64,000 nt of DNA from Miltoncostaeaceae bacterium. Lineage in GTDB: Bacteria > Actinomycetota > Thermoleophilia > Miltoncostaeales > Miltoncostaeaceae. The number at the start of each line of letters is the position of its first letter. Within the stretch, counting starts at the first letter, position 1. Made by a program: the position numbers and the translations under genes. This document shows, piece after piece, positions 51,539 to 60,978 of this stretch. The stretch spans positions 61,593 through 125,592 of the forward strand of contig CAWIDG010000025.1 of NCBI GenBank assembly GCA_963834875.1, read 5' to 3'. The notes beneath the pieces were generated by a model that worked only from the letters and a program-made list of their open reading frames with translations, did no database searches and had not been told where the DNA came from.

Positions 51539-52016
51539 GGGGGCGCCGACCAGGGACGCCGCTACCATTGGGGAGGTGCCGGTCTTCCTCTGTCCGCGCT
51601 GCGCCTACCGCGAGGCGGGAGGCGACCGCAACGTGCGCCACCAGCCGCGGGGCTGCTCGCGCTGCGGCTTCGGCTTCGCCTTCGAGCTGCTCGAGGACTA
51701 CTACGCCAGCCCGAAGACCGCCCTGATCGTCTGCGACCAGGACCGGCGGATCCTCGTCGCCGGCCACGCGGCGTTCGCGGTCACGGGCTACCAGGAGGGC
51801 GAGCTGATCGGGCACGAGGTGGTCGAGCGGCTCGGCCTCGCCGGGTTCGCGAACGGCGACCCGGCCGCCACCAGCCTCGAGTGGGGCGTCCGCGTGCTGA
51901 ACGTGGACTGCACCTTCCGTCCCAACGGGACCGGCGGCGACGTCGCCGCGACCGCCGACTTCTTCCCGGCCTACGATGCCGACGGCGGCCTGCTGGTGGC
52001 GCTGACGCCCAAGTAG
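51537..52016 (+). CDS. hypothetical protein with a C4 zinc-ribbon and a PAS-like segment
   Basis: CPRCAYRE...CSRCGF is followed by LIVCDQDRRILVAGHAAFAVTGYQEGELIGHEVVERL. The start is uncertain, because its ATG overlaps the divergent uppP ATG in CATG. Confidence 0.5.
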   Translation: MGAPTRDAATIGEVPVFLCPRCAYREAGGDRNVRHQPRGCSRCGFGFAFELLEDYYASPKTALIVCDQDRRILVAGHAAFAVTGYQEGELIGHEVVERLGLAGFANGDPAATSLEWGVRVLNVDCTFRPNGTGGDVAATADFFPAYDADGGLLVALTPK

Positions 52017-52041
52017 CCTGGCCGGCAGCGAGGGGAGGGAC

Positions 52042-53043
52042 GTGGAGCGACGCCGCCTCGGCGGTACGGACATCGAGCTGTCGGTCATCGGCCTGGGGAC
52101 CTGGGTCTTCGGCGGCCGCTGGGGCGGCGCCGACGACGCCGACTCGCTGGCCGCGTGCCACGCCGCCATCGACGCGGGCGTCAACTGGATCGACACCGCC
52201 GACATCTACGGTCAGGGCCGCGCCGAGCGCATCGTCGGCCAGGCCGTCCGCGAGCGCCGCGACGAGGTGGTCGTGGCCACCAAGGGCGGGGTCGCATGGG
52301 AGAGCGGCCCGCCGCTCCGCATCTGGCGCGAGGCCTCGGCGGACTACCTGCGGTCGGCCTGCGACCGCAGCCTCGCCGAGCTCGGCCTCGACCGGATCGA
52401 CCTCTACCAGGTGCACTGGCCGGTCGCCGGCGTGGCCGCCGAGGAGACGATCGGCGCGCTCGAGGAGCTGCGCCGGGCCGGGAAGGTGCGCGCGATCGGG
52501 GTCTCGAACTACGCGCTGGCCGACCTGCAGGCCGCCCAGGCCGTGGGCCCGATCGACTCGTTCCAGCCGGGCTACCACCTGATGCGCCGCGACATCGAGG
52601 CGGCCGAGCTGGCGTGGTGCCGCGAGAACGGCGTCGGCGTGATCGCCTACGGGCCGCTCGCCCACGGCCTGCTCACCGGGAAGATGTCGGCCGAGACGAC
52701 CTTCGCCCCGGGGGACTGGCGCGCCGAGAGCGAGCTGTTCGCCGACGACGCCTTCCCGGAGCGTGTGGCCGTGGCGCGCGAGCTCGACGAGGTGGCGCGC
52801 GAGGCCGGCCGCGAGGGCGGCGTCGCCGAGCTCGCGGTCGCGTGGGTCCTGCGCCGGCCCGAGGTCACGTCCGCCATCGTGGGCGCCCGGACGGCGGAGC
52901 AGGCGGTCCGCAACGCGGCCCTGGCCGCCTCGCCGCTGACGGCCGACGAAGAGGCCGCGATCGAGGCCGTCCTGGCCCGCCACCCCGCGGCGTCGGGCCA
53001 CTACGGCCACGGTGAGCCGCCCGATCCGTCCTCGGACGCATAG
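52042..53043 (+). CDS. aldo/keto reductase (333 aa)
   Basis: RRLGGTDIELSVIGLGTWVFGG...IDTADIYGQGRAE...IDLYQVHWP...IGVSNY. Confidence 0.9.
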   Translation: MERRRLGGTDIELSVIGLGTWVFGGRWGGADDADSLAACHAAIDAGVNWIDTADIYGQGRAERIVGQAVRERRDEVVVATKGGVAWESGPPLRIWREASADYLRSACDRSLAELGLDRIDLYQVHWPVAGVAAEETIGALEELRRAGKVRAIGVSNYALADLQAAQAVGPIDSFQPGYHLMRRDIEAAELAWCRENGVGVIAYGPLAHGLLTGKMSAETTFAPGDWRAESELFADDAFPERVAVARELDEVAREAGREGGVAELAVAWVLRRPEVTSAIVGARTAEQAVRNAALAASPLTADEEAAIEAVLARHPAASGHYGHGEPPDPSSDA

Positions 53044-53051
53044 GCTGAGGT

Positions 53052-53518
53052 ATGGCGGTCACCGGGCCACGACGCCGGCGCACCGACGGCGCCACTCCGC
53101 GGCAGCCGCCGTTCGGGCCGGCGCCGGCGGCGCTCGGCCCCCCCGACCCTCAGGGGCTGCTGGGCTCGCTCGGTGAGGCGCTTCGAGCGGCGCGAGCCAG
53201 CGCCGGCCGATGACGCTCGTCTGCCTGGGAGTGCCCGCGGACGGCGGGCCGGCCCTGGAGCGGGTCGCCGAGCTCACCCGCAACACCGTGCGCGACACCG
53301 ACGCGATGTGGCGGGACGGCGAGCGCGGCCTGGCGCTGCTGCTGGCCGACGCGGACGGGCCGACCTCCGAGCCGGCGCTCGCCCGGCTGAGGCTGCGGCT
53401 GCGGGGCCGGGGCCTGGGGACGGTCACGATGGGGCGTGCCGCGCCGCCGCCGGGGATCGGCGCGGAGGAGCTGCTGCTGCTGGCGCGGGCCGACCGCAGG
53501 CCGGTCGGCGGCCGGTGA
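53052..53518 (+). CDS. stand-alone degenerate GGDEF-like domain protein (possible frame change near 53205)
   Basis: ORF 53210..53518 reads ALERVAELTRNTVRDTDAMWRDGERGLALLLADAD...ALARLRLRL. This is the GGDEF layout with RxxD retained and GG(D/E)EF replaced by GERGL. An upstream ATG at 53052 gives a leader that ends in an ATGA overlap at 53210. Confidence 0.45.
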
Positions 53519-53540
53519 CGGCGCCGGCGGAGGGCGCGCG

Positions 53541-54443
53541 ATGAGGGTCGCGGTGGTCGGCGCGACCGGGATGATCGGCGGCGCGGTGAGCCGCGCGCTC
53601 CTGGCGCGGGGCGACGAGGTGGTGGCGGTCTCGCGCCGGGGGCAGGCGGGGGTCGACGGCGCGGAGGACGTGCGCTGGGACCCCGCCGAGGGCCCGCCGC
53701 CGGACGCCGCCCTCGAGGCCGATGCCGTCGTCAACGTCGCGGGCTCCAAGACGGCCGACCTCCTGCCGTGGACCGCCGCGCGCAAGCGGGAGCTCCGCGA
53801 GAGCCGCGTCAGGACGACCCGCCTGCTGGTCGACGCGCTCGCCGGCGGCGATCGCCCGCACACGCTGGTCAACGCCAGCGGAGCCGACTACTACGGCCCG
53901 CGCGAGGAGCCGACCGACGAGAGCGCCCGCCCCGGCTCGAGCTTCCTGGCGGCCGTCGCCGTGGCCTGGGAGCGCGAGGCGGTCCGCGCCGAGGACCGCG
54001 GGGTACGGGTTGTGCGGCTGCGCACCGGGGTCCCGCTCTCGCCGGACGGCGGCGCGCTCCCCCAGCTCGCCCTGCCGGTGCGGCTCTTCGCCGGCGGGCC
54101 GATCGGCGGCGGGCGCCAATGGCTGCCCTGGATCCACATCGACGACCAGGTCGGGCTCAACCTGCTGGCCCTGGACGACGACCGCCTCTCGGGGCCCGTC
54201 AACGCAGCCTCGCCGGGCATCGTCCGCCAGGGCGAGTTCACCAGGGCGCTCGGCCGGGTCCTCGGGCGGCCCACGCTCCTCCCGACGCCGGGCATCGCGC
54301 TGCGGCTCGCGTTGGGGGAGAAGGCCACCTTGGCCCTCGACAGCCGCCACATCGTCCCCCGCGCGGCCCTCGACGCCGGCTACGCCTTCCGCTTCACCGA
54401 GGCCGAGCCGGCCCTGCGCGACCTCCTGGGCGGGGCGGGGTAG
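53541..54443 (+). CDS. TIGR01777 / YfcH-like epimerase-family (SDR39U1) protein
   Basis: MRVAVVGATGMIGGAV...NVAG...SRV..T..L...NASGADYYG...VVRLRTGV...GGGRQWLPWIHIDD...FRF. Confidence 0.85.
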   Translation: MRVAVVGATGMIGGAVSRALLARGDEVVAVSRRGQAGVDGAEDVRWDPAEGPPPDAALEADAVVNVAGSKTADLLPWTAARKRELRESRVRTTRLLVDALAGGDRPHTLVNASGADYYGPREEPTDESARPGSSFLAAVAVAWEREAVRAEDRGVRVVRLRTGVPLSPDGGALPQLALPVRLFAGGPIGGGRQWLPWIHIDDQVGLNLLALDDDRLSGPVNAASPGIVRQGEFTRALGRVLGRPTLLPTPGIALRLALGEKATLALDSRHIVPRAALDAGYAFRFTEAEPALRDLLGGAG

Positions 54444-54454
54444 CCTCCCGCGCG

Positions 54455-54636
54455 GCCTCGACGCGGGGGATCACGATCCACGCCCCGCCGGACGAGGTCT
54501 GGCCGTGGATCGTGCAGATGGGCTACCCCGCGCACCGGGCCGCCTGGTCCTGGGCCCGCTGATCGGCCTCGGGGACTTCGTGAACGCCTCGGTCATGCTG
54601 CGCGGCATCAGGGCCCGGTGCGAGGGGGTCGGCTAG
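54455..54636 (+). pseudogene. SRPBCC-family gene remnant (internal deletion)
   Basis: An N-terminal piece, ITIHAPPDEVWPWIVQMGYP, and a C-terminal piece, GPLIGLGDFVNASVMLRGIRARCEG, lie ~60 nt apart in different frames. About 100 codons of the usual family length are missing. Confidence 0.55.
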
Positions 54637-54896
54637 CCCCTCGAGCCGGGGTCCTCGGGGAAGAGCCGCTGCAGCTCGGCGTCCACCTTCAGCCACTGCT
54701 CGCGGACGAACGTGGTGCTCACCAGGTAGCGCGCCCCGGGCAGGTTGCGGGCCATCCTGAGCCGGTCCTCGTCGGCCCGCTCCTCGAGGTCCTCGACGAG
54801 CTTCTTGTACTCGTCCACCAGGCCGGCCATCTCGAAGTGCTTCATCTGGAGCTCGTCCAGCAGCCGGTAGACGGTGCCGAAGGGGTCGCCGCTCAC
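54633..54896 (-). CDS. hypothetical 87-aa protein
   Basis: The composition is balanced and lower in GC (FGTVYRLLDELQMKHFEMAGLVDEYKKLVEDLEERADEDRL). I recognise no family. Confidence 0.55.
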   Translation of the reverse strand: MSGDPFGTVYRLLDELQMKHFEMAGLVDEYKKLVEDLEERADEDRLRMARNLPGARYLVSTTFVREQWLKVDAELQRLFPEDPGSRG

Positions 54897-54948
54897 TGGG
54901 CCTCGCTGTCGGGGGCGGGGGGCGCCGATGCTACCGTTTGCCCGCCCC

Positions 54949-55021
54949 GGGGGATTAGCTCAGCTGGGAGAGCGCCGCCTTTGCAAGGCGGAGGTCACCG
55001 GTTCGATCCCGGTATCCTCCA
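54949..55021 (+). tRNA. tRNA-Ala (anticodon UGC)
   Basis: I folded the cloverleaf by hand. The acceptor is GGGGGAU/AUCCUCC with the G3:U70 Ala identity pair. D stem GCUC/GAGC, anticodon stem CCGCC/GGCGG with loop UUUGCAA, T arm ACCGG-UUCGAUC-CCGGU, discriminator A. CCA is not encoded. Confidence 0.95.
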
Positions 55022-55252
55022 CTCGCCTGGCTCGGCCGTCATGCGTGGGAAGGGGATCTCGGGCCGCGCGGCAGACCTGGCGAGGATCGGCCGTCCGGGG
55101 GCGGCGCCCCCCGCGTGGGGCCTCCCGCCAGAGCGCGTGCCCGGCCAGCGGCGCGCGGCATGAAGCCAGCGGATCTGGCGCATGCGAGCGGAAATCCTTT
55201 GGTTCCGGCTAGCTGCAATGCGCCGGCTCGAGGTCCCTGCGACGCTGGTTGG

Positions 55253-55690
55253 ATGGCCGTCCGCTGCTTGATCGTCGACGACAATCGACGCTTCCTGCGG
55301 GCGGCTCGAACACTCCTCGAGCGAGAAGGGCTCGCGATCGCGGGGGTCGCGACGACGAGCGCGGACGCGCTGCGACAAGCCGAGACGCTTCGGCCGGATG
55401 TCGTGCTCGTCGATGTCGCACTCGGGGACGAGAGTGGCTTCGAGCTCGCGCGGCGCCTCGTCGCCGATCAGGCTGACACAGCTCCGGTCATCCTGATCTC
55501 CACTCGCTCTGAGGCCGACCTCGCCGACGCGATCGGGCGGAGCCCGGCGGCCGGCTTCCTCGCGAAGTCGGAGCTGTCGGCGGACGCGATCCGCGGTCTT
55601 CTCGACGAAGCTAACGAGCGTCGAGGAAGGCGACCACGGCGAGCACACGGCGGTGATCGTCCTCCCCCTCCGGCAGGCGCAGCTTCCTGA
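55253..55690 (+). CDS. stand-alone response-regulator receiver domain protein
   Basis: RCLIVDDNRRFLRAARTLLE...PDVVLVDVALGDESGFELARRL...VILISTR...AAGFLAKSEL. The last ~25 codons overlap the convergent gene, so the 3' end is uncertain. Confidence 0.75.
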   Translation: MAVRCLIVDDNRRFLRAARTLLEREGLAIAGVATTSADALRQAETLRPDVVLVDVALGDESGFELARRLVADQADTAPVILISTRSEADLADAIGRSPAAGFLAKSELSADAIRGLLDEANERRGRRPRRAHGGDRPPPPAGAAS

Positions 55691-56283
55691 GGATGCTGTG
55701 CACGTGCTTCTCGACGGTTCCTTCGGTCACCCACAGTTGGCGCGCGATTCCGGCGTTTGAGCGTCCTTCGGCCATCAGCGCGAGCACCTCGCGCTCGCGC
55801 GGGGAGAGGTTGTCGAGCGGGTCGGTGACACGCCGGGCGGAGACGAGTTCCTGGACGAGGGCGGAGTCGACGACCGATCCGCCGTTAACGATCTGATCGA
55901 GCGTCTCGAGAAAGTCGTCCACGTCGGTCACGCGGCTCTTCAGGAGATAGCCGATGCGCTCCCCGCTTGCGAGGAGGTCCATCGCGTGCTCTACCTCGAC
56001 GTGTGCGGAGAGAACGAGGATCGCGGTCTCCGGGGCCTCCTCGCGGATCACCCGCGCCGCGTCGAGCCCTTCAGTCGTATGGCTCGGCGGCATGCGGATG
56101 TTGACGATCGCGAGTTCGGGTTCGGTGCTCGCGGACGACCTCGATCAGCTCGGAGGCATCCCCGCACTGGCCCACGATCTCGAACCCCGAACGCTCGAGC
56201 AGGCCCGCCAAGCCCTCGCGGAGAAGGACGTCGTCGTCGGCCAGAGCCACGCGCGTCGCGCGGGCGGTCATAGCGCCGATCAT
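55611..56283 (-). CDS. NarL/LuxR-family response regulator, apparent frameshift near 56115
   Basis: The receiver N-terminus (RVALADDDVLLREGLAGLLERSGFEIVGQCGD) lies in ORF 56071..56283. EPELAIVNIRMPPSHTTEGLD...LSPREREVLALMAEGRSNAGIARQLWVTEGTVEKHV lies in ORF 55611..56093. An extra C in CACCGAA accounts for the shift. Confidence 0.85.
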
Positions 56284-56345
56284 AGGTACCGTGGCGTCGT
56301 GAGCCGTCGCCAGCCGGCCCGGCGCGCTCGACGCTCGTTCAGGTC

Positions 56346-58061
56346 ATGGCGCATCCGAACGTGAGCGATCGGGCGGCGTCCGGGCGGCTTGCCGAGGAGC
56401 AGGCGGCGTTACGCCGGGTGGCGACGCTGGTGACGGGGCGCCTCCCCGGCCGAGGTGTTCGAGGCCGTGGCGCCGAGATCGGCGACAGGTTCCCGGAGCG
56501 GACAGCCGCGGCGCTCAGCCGCTACGAGGCCGATGCGACACGCTCACGACGATCGAATGGAGCCGATCGGCGGTACGTCACCGGTCCGGGGAGCGATCCT
56601 CCACTGGTGACGGATGGTCAGGCCTCATCGCCGGCACTCGTCGGCCTGACCGGGTCGGTATCGATACGACGGATTCCGTTCACTCCCGGCCCTCGTTCGC
56701 GATCTCGTGGCTCGCGGTGCGTCGGCGCCCCGATCCTCGTCGAGGGCCCGTCTGGGGCGTGATCGGCGTCTCCTCGACGACCGAGCGATCGTTGCCTCGT
56801 CGACACCGAAGGGCGCCTCGCGAAGTTCACCGAGCTCGTGGCAACGGCGATCGCCAATGCCGAGAGCCGCGAAGCGCTGACGCTGCTTGCTGAGGAGCAG
56901 GCGGCGTTGCGCCGGGTGGCGACGCTGGTGGCGCGGGGCGCGCCGCCAGCCGACGTATTCGGCGCCGTGACCGCTGAGGTCGGTCGGGCGGTTCCTCGCG
57001 CGATGCCGCAGCTCTCGGTCGCTACGAACCGGATGGCACGCTCACCACGGTCCGGCGGCTGGGGCAGAGAGGACGGCTACTTCCCCTTGGGGGAGCGACT
57101 CGAGCGACTCCCGCTCGAGAGGGCACCGTTTCTGTGGCTCGTCTTCGAGACGCGCGGGCGACCCGGCCGGATCGACAGCTATGATGGAGCCGTCGCGGGC
57201 CGGTCGCCACCCTCGCCCGCGAGCGGGACTGGCGCTCGGCAGCTCGGGGGCGCCGGTCATCGTCGAGGACCGCCTCTGGGGCGTGATGGTCGTCGCCTCG
57301 GCGAGCGACGGGACGTTGCCGCTCGACACGGAGCAGCGACTGACGGAGTTCACGGAGCTCGTGGCAACGGCGATCGCCAACGCCGAGAACCGGGCCGAGC
57401 TGGCAGCCTCCCGCGCGCGGATCGTTGCGACTGCCGACGCGACTCGGCGGCGCATCGAGCGTGATCTGCACGATGGCGCCCAACAGCAACTCGTCTCGCT
57501 GGCGCTCGAGCTGCGCGCCGCGCAGGCGGCGTTGCCGGCCGAGCTCGCGAATCAGCGAGCTGAGCTGTCGCGCGTCTCGAGGGGATGAGGACAGTGCTTG
57601 ACGAGCTGCGCGAGATCTCGAGCGGAATCCACCCGGCGATCCTGTCCGAGGGCGGGCTCGGGCCGGCGCTGAAGACGCTCGCGCGCCGCTCGCCGATCCC
57701 GGTGATGCTCGATGTCCGCGTCCAGGGGCGGCTACCGGACAGCGTCGAGGTGGCCGGCTACTACGTCGTCTCGGAGATGCTCACGAACGCGGCGAAGCAC
57801 GCGCACGCGTCGATCGTCCAAGTGGACGTCGCGGGTACCGACGAAGTGCTACGTGTCTCGGTCCGCGACGATGGCGTCGGCGGCGCCGATCCAGCACGCG
57901 GCTCGGGGCTCGTCGGGCTCCGTGACCGCGTCGAGGCTCTGGGCGGGACGGCTGCAGTCGAAAGCCCCAGGGGCGCGGGCACCGCGATCGAGGTCGCGCT
58001 TCCGCTTGACCGAAACGCGAGGCGGCGAGCCGGCAGCAGGAGGCGCCCTTTCCGCGGGTGA
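56346..58061 (+). pseudogene. GAF-GAF-HisKA_3-HATPase sensor kinase, at least 6 frame changes
   Basis: Two tandem GAF units each begin EEQAALRRVATLV and end FTELVATAIANAE(S/N)R. The H-box region is RRRIERDLHDGAQQQLVSL. The ATPase part (ORF 57585..58061) reads YYVVSEMLTNAAKHA...DDGVGGAD...GSGLVGLRDRV. The coding text hops between all three frames. Confidence 0.75.
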
Positions 58062-58198
58062 GCGCGACCGGCCGGCTCTTCCGGCTAGCCCGAATCGAAG
58101 ACTGCGGCTAGCGCCGATGACAGCGCGTCGCGGCGGAGCGACGCTGCCGGCCGGCTGGTCAATGCGCGAGGACCGAAATCTCATAGAAGGGAGCTCTC

Positions 58199-58890
58199 AT
58201 GAGCAAGGCGGAGACTCCGACCGTCCTCCTTGTCCACGGCGGTTTCGTGGACGGCTCCGGTTGGCAGGGCGTCTACGAGCACCTGAAGAGGGACAGCTAC
58301 AGCGTCGGCGTCGTCCAGAATCCGACGCTCTCGCTCGCCGACGACGTCGCCGTTACCACGCGGGCCATCGACGCGGCGAGCGAGGCGGTCATTCTCGTCG
58401 GCCATTCCTATGGTGGGGTCGTGGTCACCGAGGCGGGCACGCATCCCAAGGTTGCGGCGCTCGTCTACATCGCGGCCTTCGCGCCGGACGTGGGCGAGTC
58501 GGTCAACACGCTCATCGCGGATCCGCCGCCCGGCGCGCCCGTGCCGCCGATTCTCCCGCCCAAGGACGGGTTTCTCTTCCTCGACCGAGAGAAGTTCCAT
58601 GCTTCATTCGCGGGGGACCTGAGCGCCGAGCAGGCCGCGTTCATGGCCGACTCGCAAGTCCCGTGGGGCGTGGACGCGCTCGGCGGCACGGTCAGCGAAC
58701 CTGCGTGGCGGAGCAAACCGAGCTGGTACCTCGTCGCGACCGAGGACCGAATGATCCCGCTCCGGCCCAGCGGGCGATGTCAGCGCGGGCGGGTTCGACC
58801 GTGATCGAGGTCGCGGGGAGCATGCGATCAAGTCTCGCAGCCCGAGCAGTGGCCGAGCTGATCCAGGCTGCGGCTCCACGACGTCGTAGG
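58199..58890 (+). pseudogene. alpha/beta hydrolase, at least 2 frame changes in the 3' third
   Basis: VLLVHGGFVDGSGWQGVY...ILVGHSYGGVVVTEA...ALVYIAAFAPD lies in ORF 58199..58804. The expected tail (AQRAMSARAGSTVIEVAGSH...AVAELIQAAA) lies in other frames, and the 3' end is uncertain. Confidence 0.65.
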
Positions 58891-58931
58891 ACGATCAACC
58901 GACTGAGACGCCTGCTGAGTTGGGGGGAGAG

Positions 58932-59378
58932 ATGGCAGCGAGACGAGTATTGATCATTACGAACGAGTCTGTTGCGGATCCAGCCGGCGTCCCCGAAGTG
59001 GTTGCGCGACAGGTCCGCGAGGCCGACCGCGTGTGCGTGGTTGCCCCGGCCTTGACCGGGAGGCTGCACTCGTGGGTTTCCGACATCGATGCCGAGTACC
59101 GAGAGGCGGACGAGAGGATGCGGATGCTCGTCGGCGGCATCGAGTCATCCGGCCCGGCCGTCAGCGGCCAAGTCGGTGACGAAGACCCGCTCCAGGCCGT
59201 GGCGGACGCCCTCGTGTTCTTCCCGGCCGACGCCCTGATCCTGGGCGTGCACGCCCCCGACGATGCGAACTGGCGCGAACGGCGCTTCAGCGAGAAGGCA
59301 CGTGAGCGTTTCGGCCTGCCCGTCACCGAGGTGATGCTCGACCGCGGGGGGCAGGTTCTCTCGGTCACGACCCAGTAG
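58932..59378 (+). CDS. conserved hypothetical protein (Rossmann-like, USP-like layout)
   Basis: RVLIITNESVAD...VCVVAPAL...SWVSDIDAEYREADERM...GQVGDEDPLQAVADAL..FPADALILGVHAP. The RBS is GGGGGGAGAG. The gene is intact. Confidence 0.6.
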   Translation: MAARRVLIITNESVADPAGVPEVVARQVREADRVCVVAPALTGRLHSWVSDIDAEYREADERMRMLVGGIESSGPAVSGQVGDEDPLQAVADALVFFPADALILGVHAPDDANWRERRFSEKARERFGLPVTEVMLDRGGQVLSVTTQ

Positions 59379-59413
59379 GACACACGTTTCGTCAAACACC
59401 GGAGGGACACCTC

Positions 59414-59872
59414 ATGATCTACAGCGCGATCGTCAAGAAGCGAATCCGAGAGGCCTTCGATCACGTCAACAACCATCGCTGGGATGAGTTGATGACGTCG
59501 ATCACGGCGAATGTCCATCACACCTTCGGCGGCGCCCACGCGATCGGTGGTCAGCGTCACGACGCCGTGACTCTGCGTCTCTGGTTCGAGCGCCTCGCGC
59601 GCGTCCTGCCCAACCTCCATCTCAAGATCAACAACATCTGGGTGAAGGGCTGGCCCTGGCACACCATGGTGTTCGTGCAGTGGGACGGGACCGCGACGCT
59701 GCTGAACGGTGACTCCTCGTACTTCAATCGGGGGCTTCACGTGATCACCCTGCGGTGGGGCAAGATCGCCGCCCTCGATGTCTTCGAGGATTCGCAGGAG
59801 GTCGCCCGCGGGCTTGCCGCCCAAGCGGCAGCGGGCCTCGACGAGGCCGTCGCCCCGCAGATCGTGAGCTAG
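59414..59872 (+). CDS. NTF2-like / SnoaL-like family protein
   Basis: IVKKRIREAFDHVNNHRWDELMTSI...LRLWFERL...INNIWVKGWPWHTMVFVQWDGTA...VITLRWGKIAALDVFEDS. The coding sequence is noticeably lower in GC. Confidence 0.7.
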   Translation: MIYSAIVKKRIREAFDHVNNHRWDELMTSITANVHHTFGGAHAIGGQRHDAVTLRLWFERLARVLPNLHLKINNIWVKGWPWHTMVFVQWDGTATLLNGDSSYFNRGLHVITLRWGKIAALDVFEDSQEVARGLAAQAAAGLDEAVAPQIVS

Positions 59873-59915
59873 CGGAGCGCCGGTCAGGAGCAGGCGATCG
59901 GGCGAGGAGTCGCAG

Positions 59916-60927
59916 ATGCCCGCGACCGCGATCAGCGCAGCATTCTCGGGGGCCGGATGGAACACCCCCGACGAGCTGATCCCGAAGCCCCACGAACTCG
60001 TGCCCCGGAACGGGGCACCGGACACGATCGCCGGGTGGAAGGCGCTGGTCGACGGTCTCCTGACCAACCAGTCCTGCGTCTTCCACCGCAACCTGGAGAT
60101 CTCGTCACGCTACGCGTGGATCTACAAATCCCTGCCCGCGTGCTTCAAGTGGGCCGGGATGGCCGCGTTCGCGTCGCACCACGTCCGGCTCGCCCTCTTT
60201 CCGTTCAGGCTGGACACCGACCGCACCGGCTACGTGGACATCCCGCACAGCCTGGGTCGCCAGAAGGCGCTGCTGACGGACGGACGTGGACACGATCCGC
60301 GCGATCAACAATGCCATCTTCGACGACATCTTCTGGGTTCACCTCGCGTACGGCACCGCCGAAGACGGGATCGAACGTCTCCGCGCGCTCCTCGGGGCCG
60401 AGCGCCACTATGCCCCCGTCCTCTCCGGCTTCGAGGCGATCGACCAAGGACGCCGTGTCTTGGAGGACGGGACGGCGTCCGCGGAGGCTCGACGGGCGGC
60501 TGTTGATCTCATTTGGGAGGGCAACGTCCAGCTCCTCGAGCACGAGCAGCGCGCCCTGGTGCAACCCAGCTTCGATCTCCTCTCGTGCCCGTTCGCCAGG
60601 CTCTTCTCCATCGGCTCGGCCCTGAGCTTCGAGGTGCGCGGCGTGCGGCACGAGGTCTTGTACTTCAGCTCGTTCTACCTCTACTCGCTCACACGAGGGG
60701 TCCCGCAGGCTCTGCACGCGCACGCGTGGCCGAGGATGACCCGCTTCGACGACCGCTGGCGTTGGATCGTGACGAGCATCGTTCCCCGCTTCCGGAGAAT
60801 CGATGCCGACAGGCGCGTGGTCGACGCCAGCCTGCGCCGCATCTTCGACGCAGCCCGCCACTACGCGTCGAACCCCTGCGTCCTCCCGCGTTCACCGCAG
60901 ACGGAGGCGTCCGCGCCGAACGGCTGA
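59916..60927 (+). CDS. conserved hypothetical protein (~337 aa), apparent frameshift near 60280
   Basis: ORF 59916 (...ISSRYAWIYKSLPACFKWAGMAAFASHHVRLALFPF...GRQKALLT) continues as DVDTIRAINNAIFDDIFWVHLAYG... in ORF 60286..60927. I cannot name the family with confidence. Confidence 0.6.
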
Positions 60928-60978
60928 CAACGGCGACCCGTGGCGACTGGTTTCGAGTAGATCGCACCCAGCCGCCTT

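Noticed and set aside
54897-54948. The GGGGCGGG ... CCCGCCCC inverted repeat just upstream of tRNA-Ala, considered as a terminator or regulatory hairpin.
   Set aside because: It has G/C-only short arms with a ~25-nt loop in very GC-rich DNA, so it is expected by chance. It also has no U-tract.
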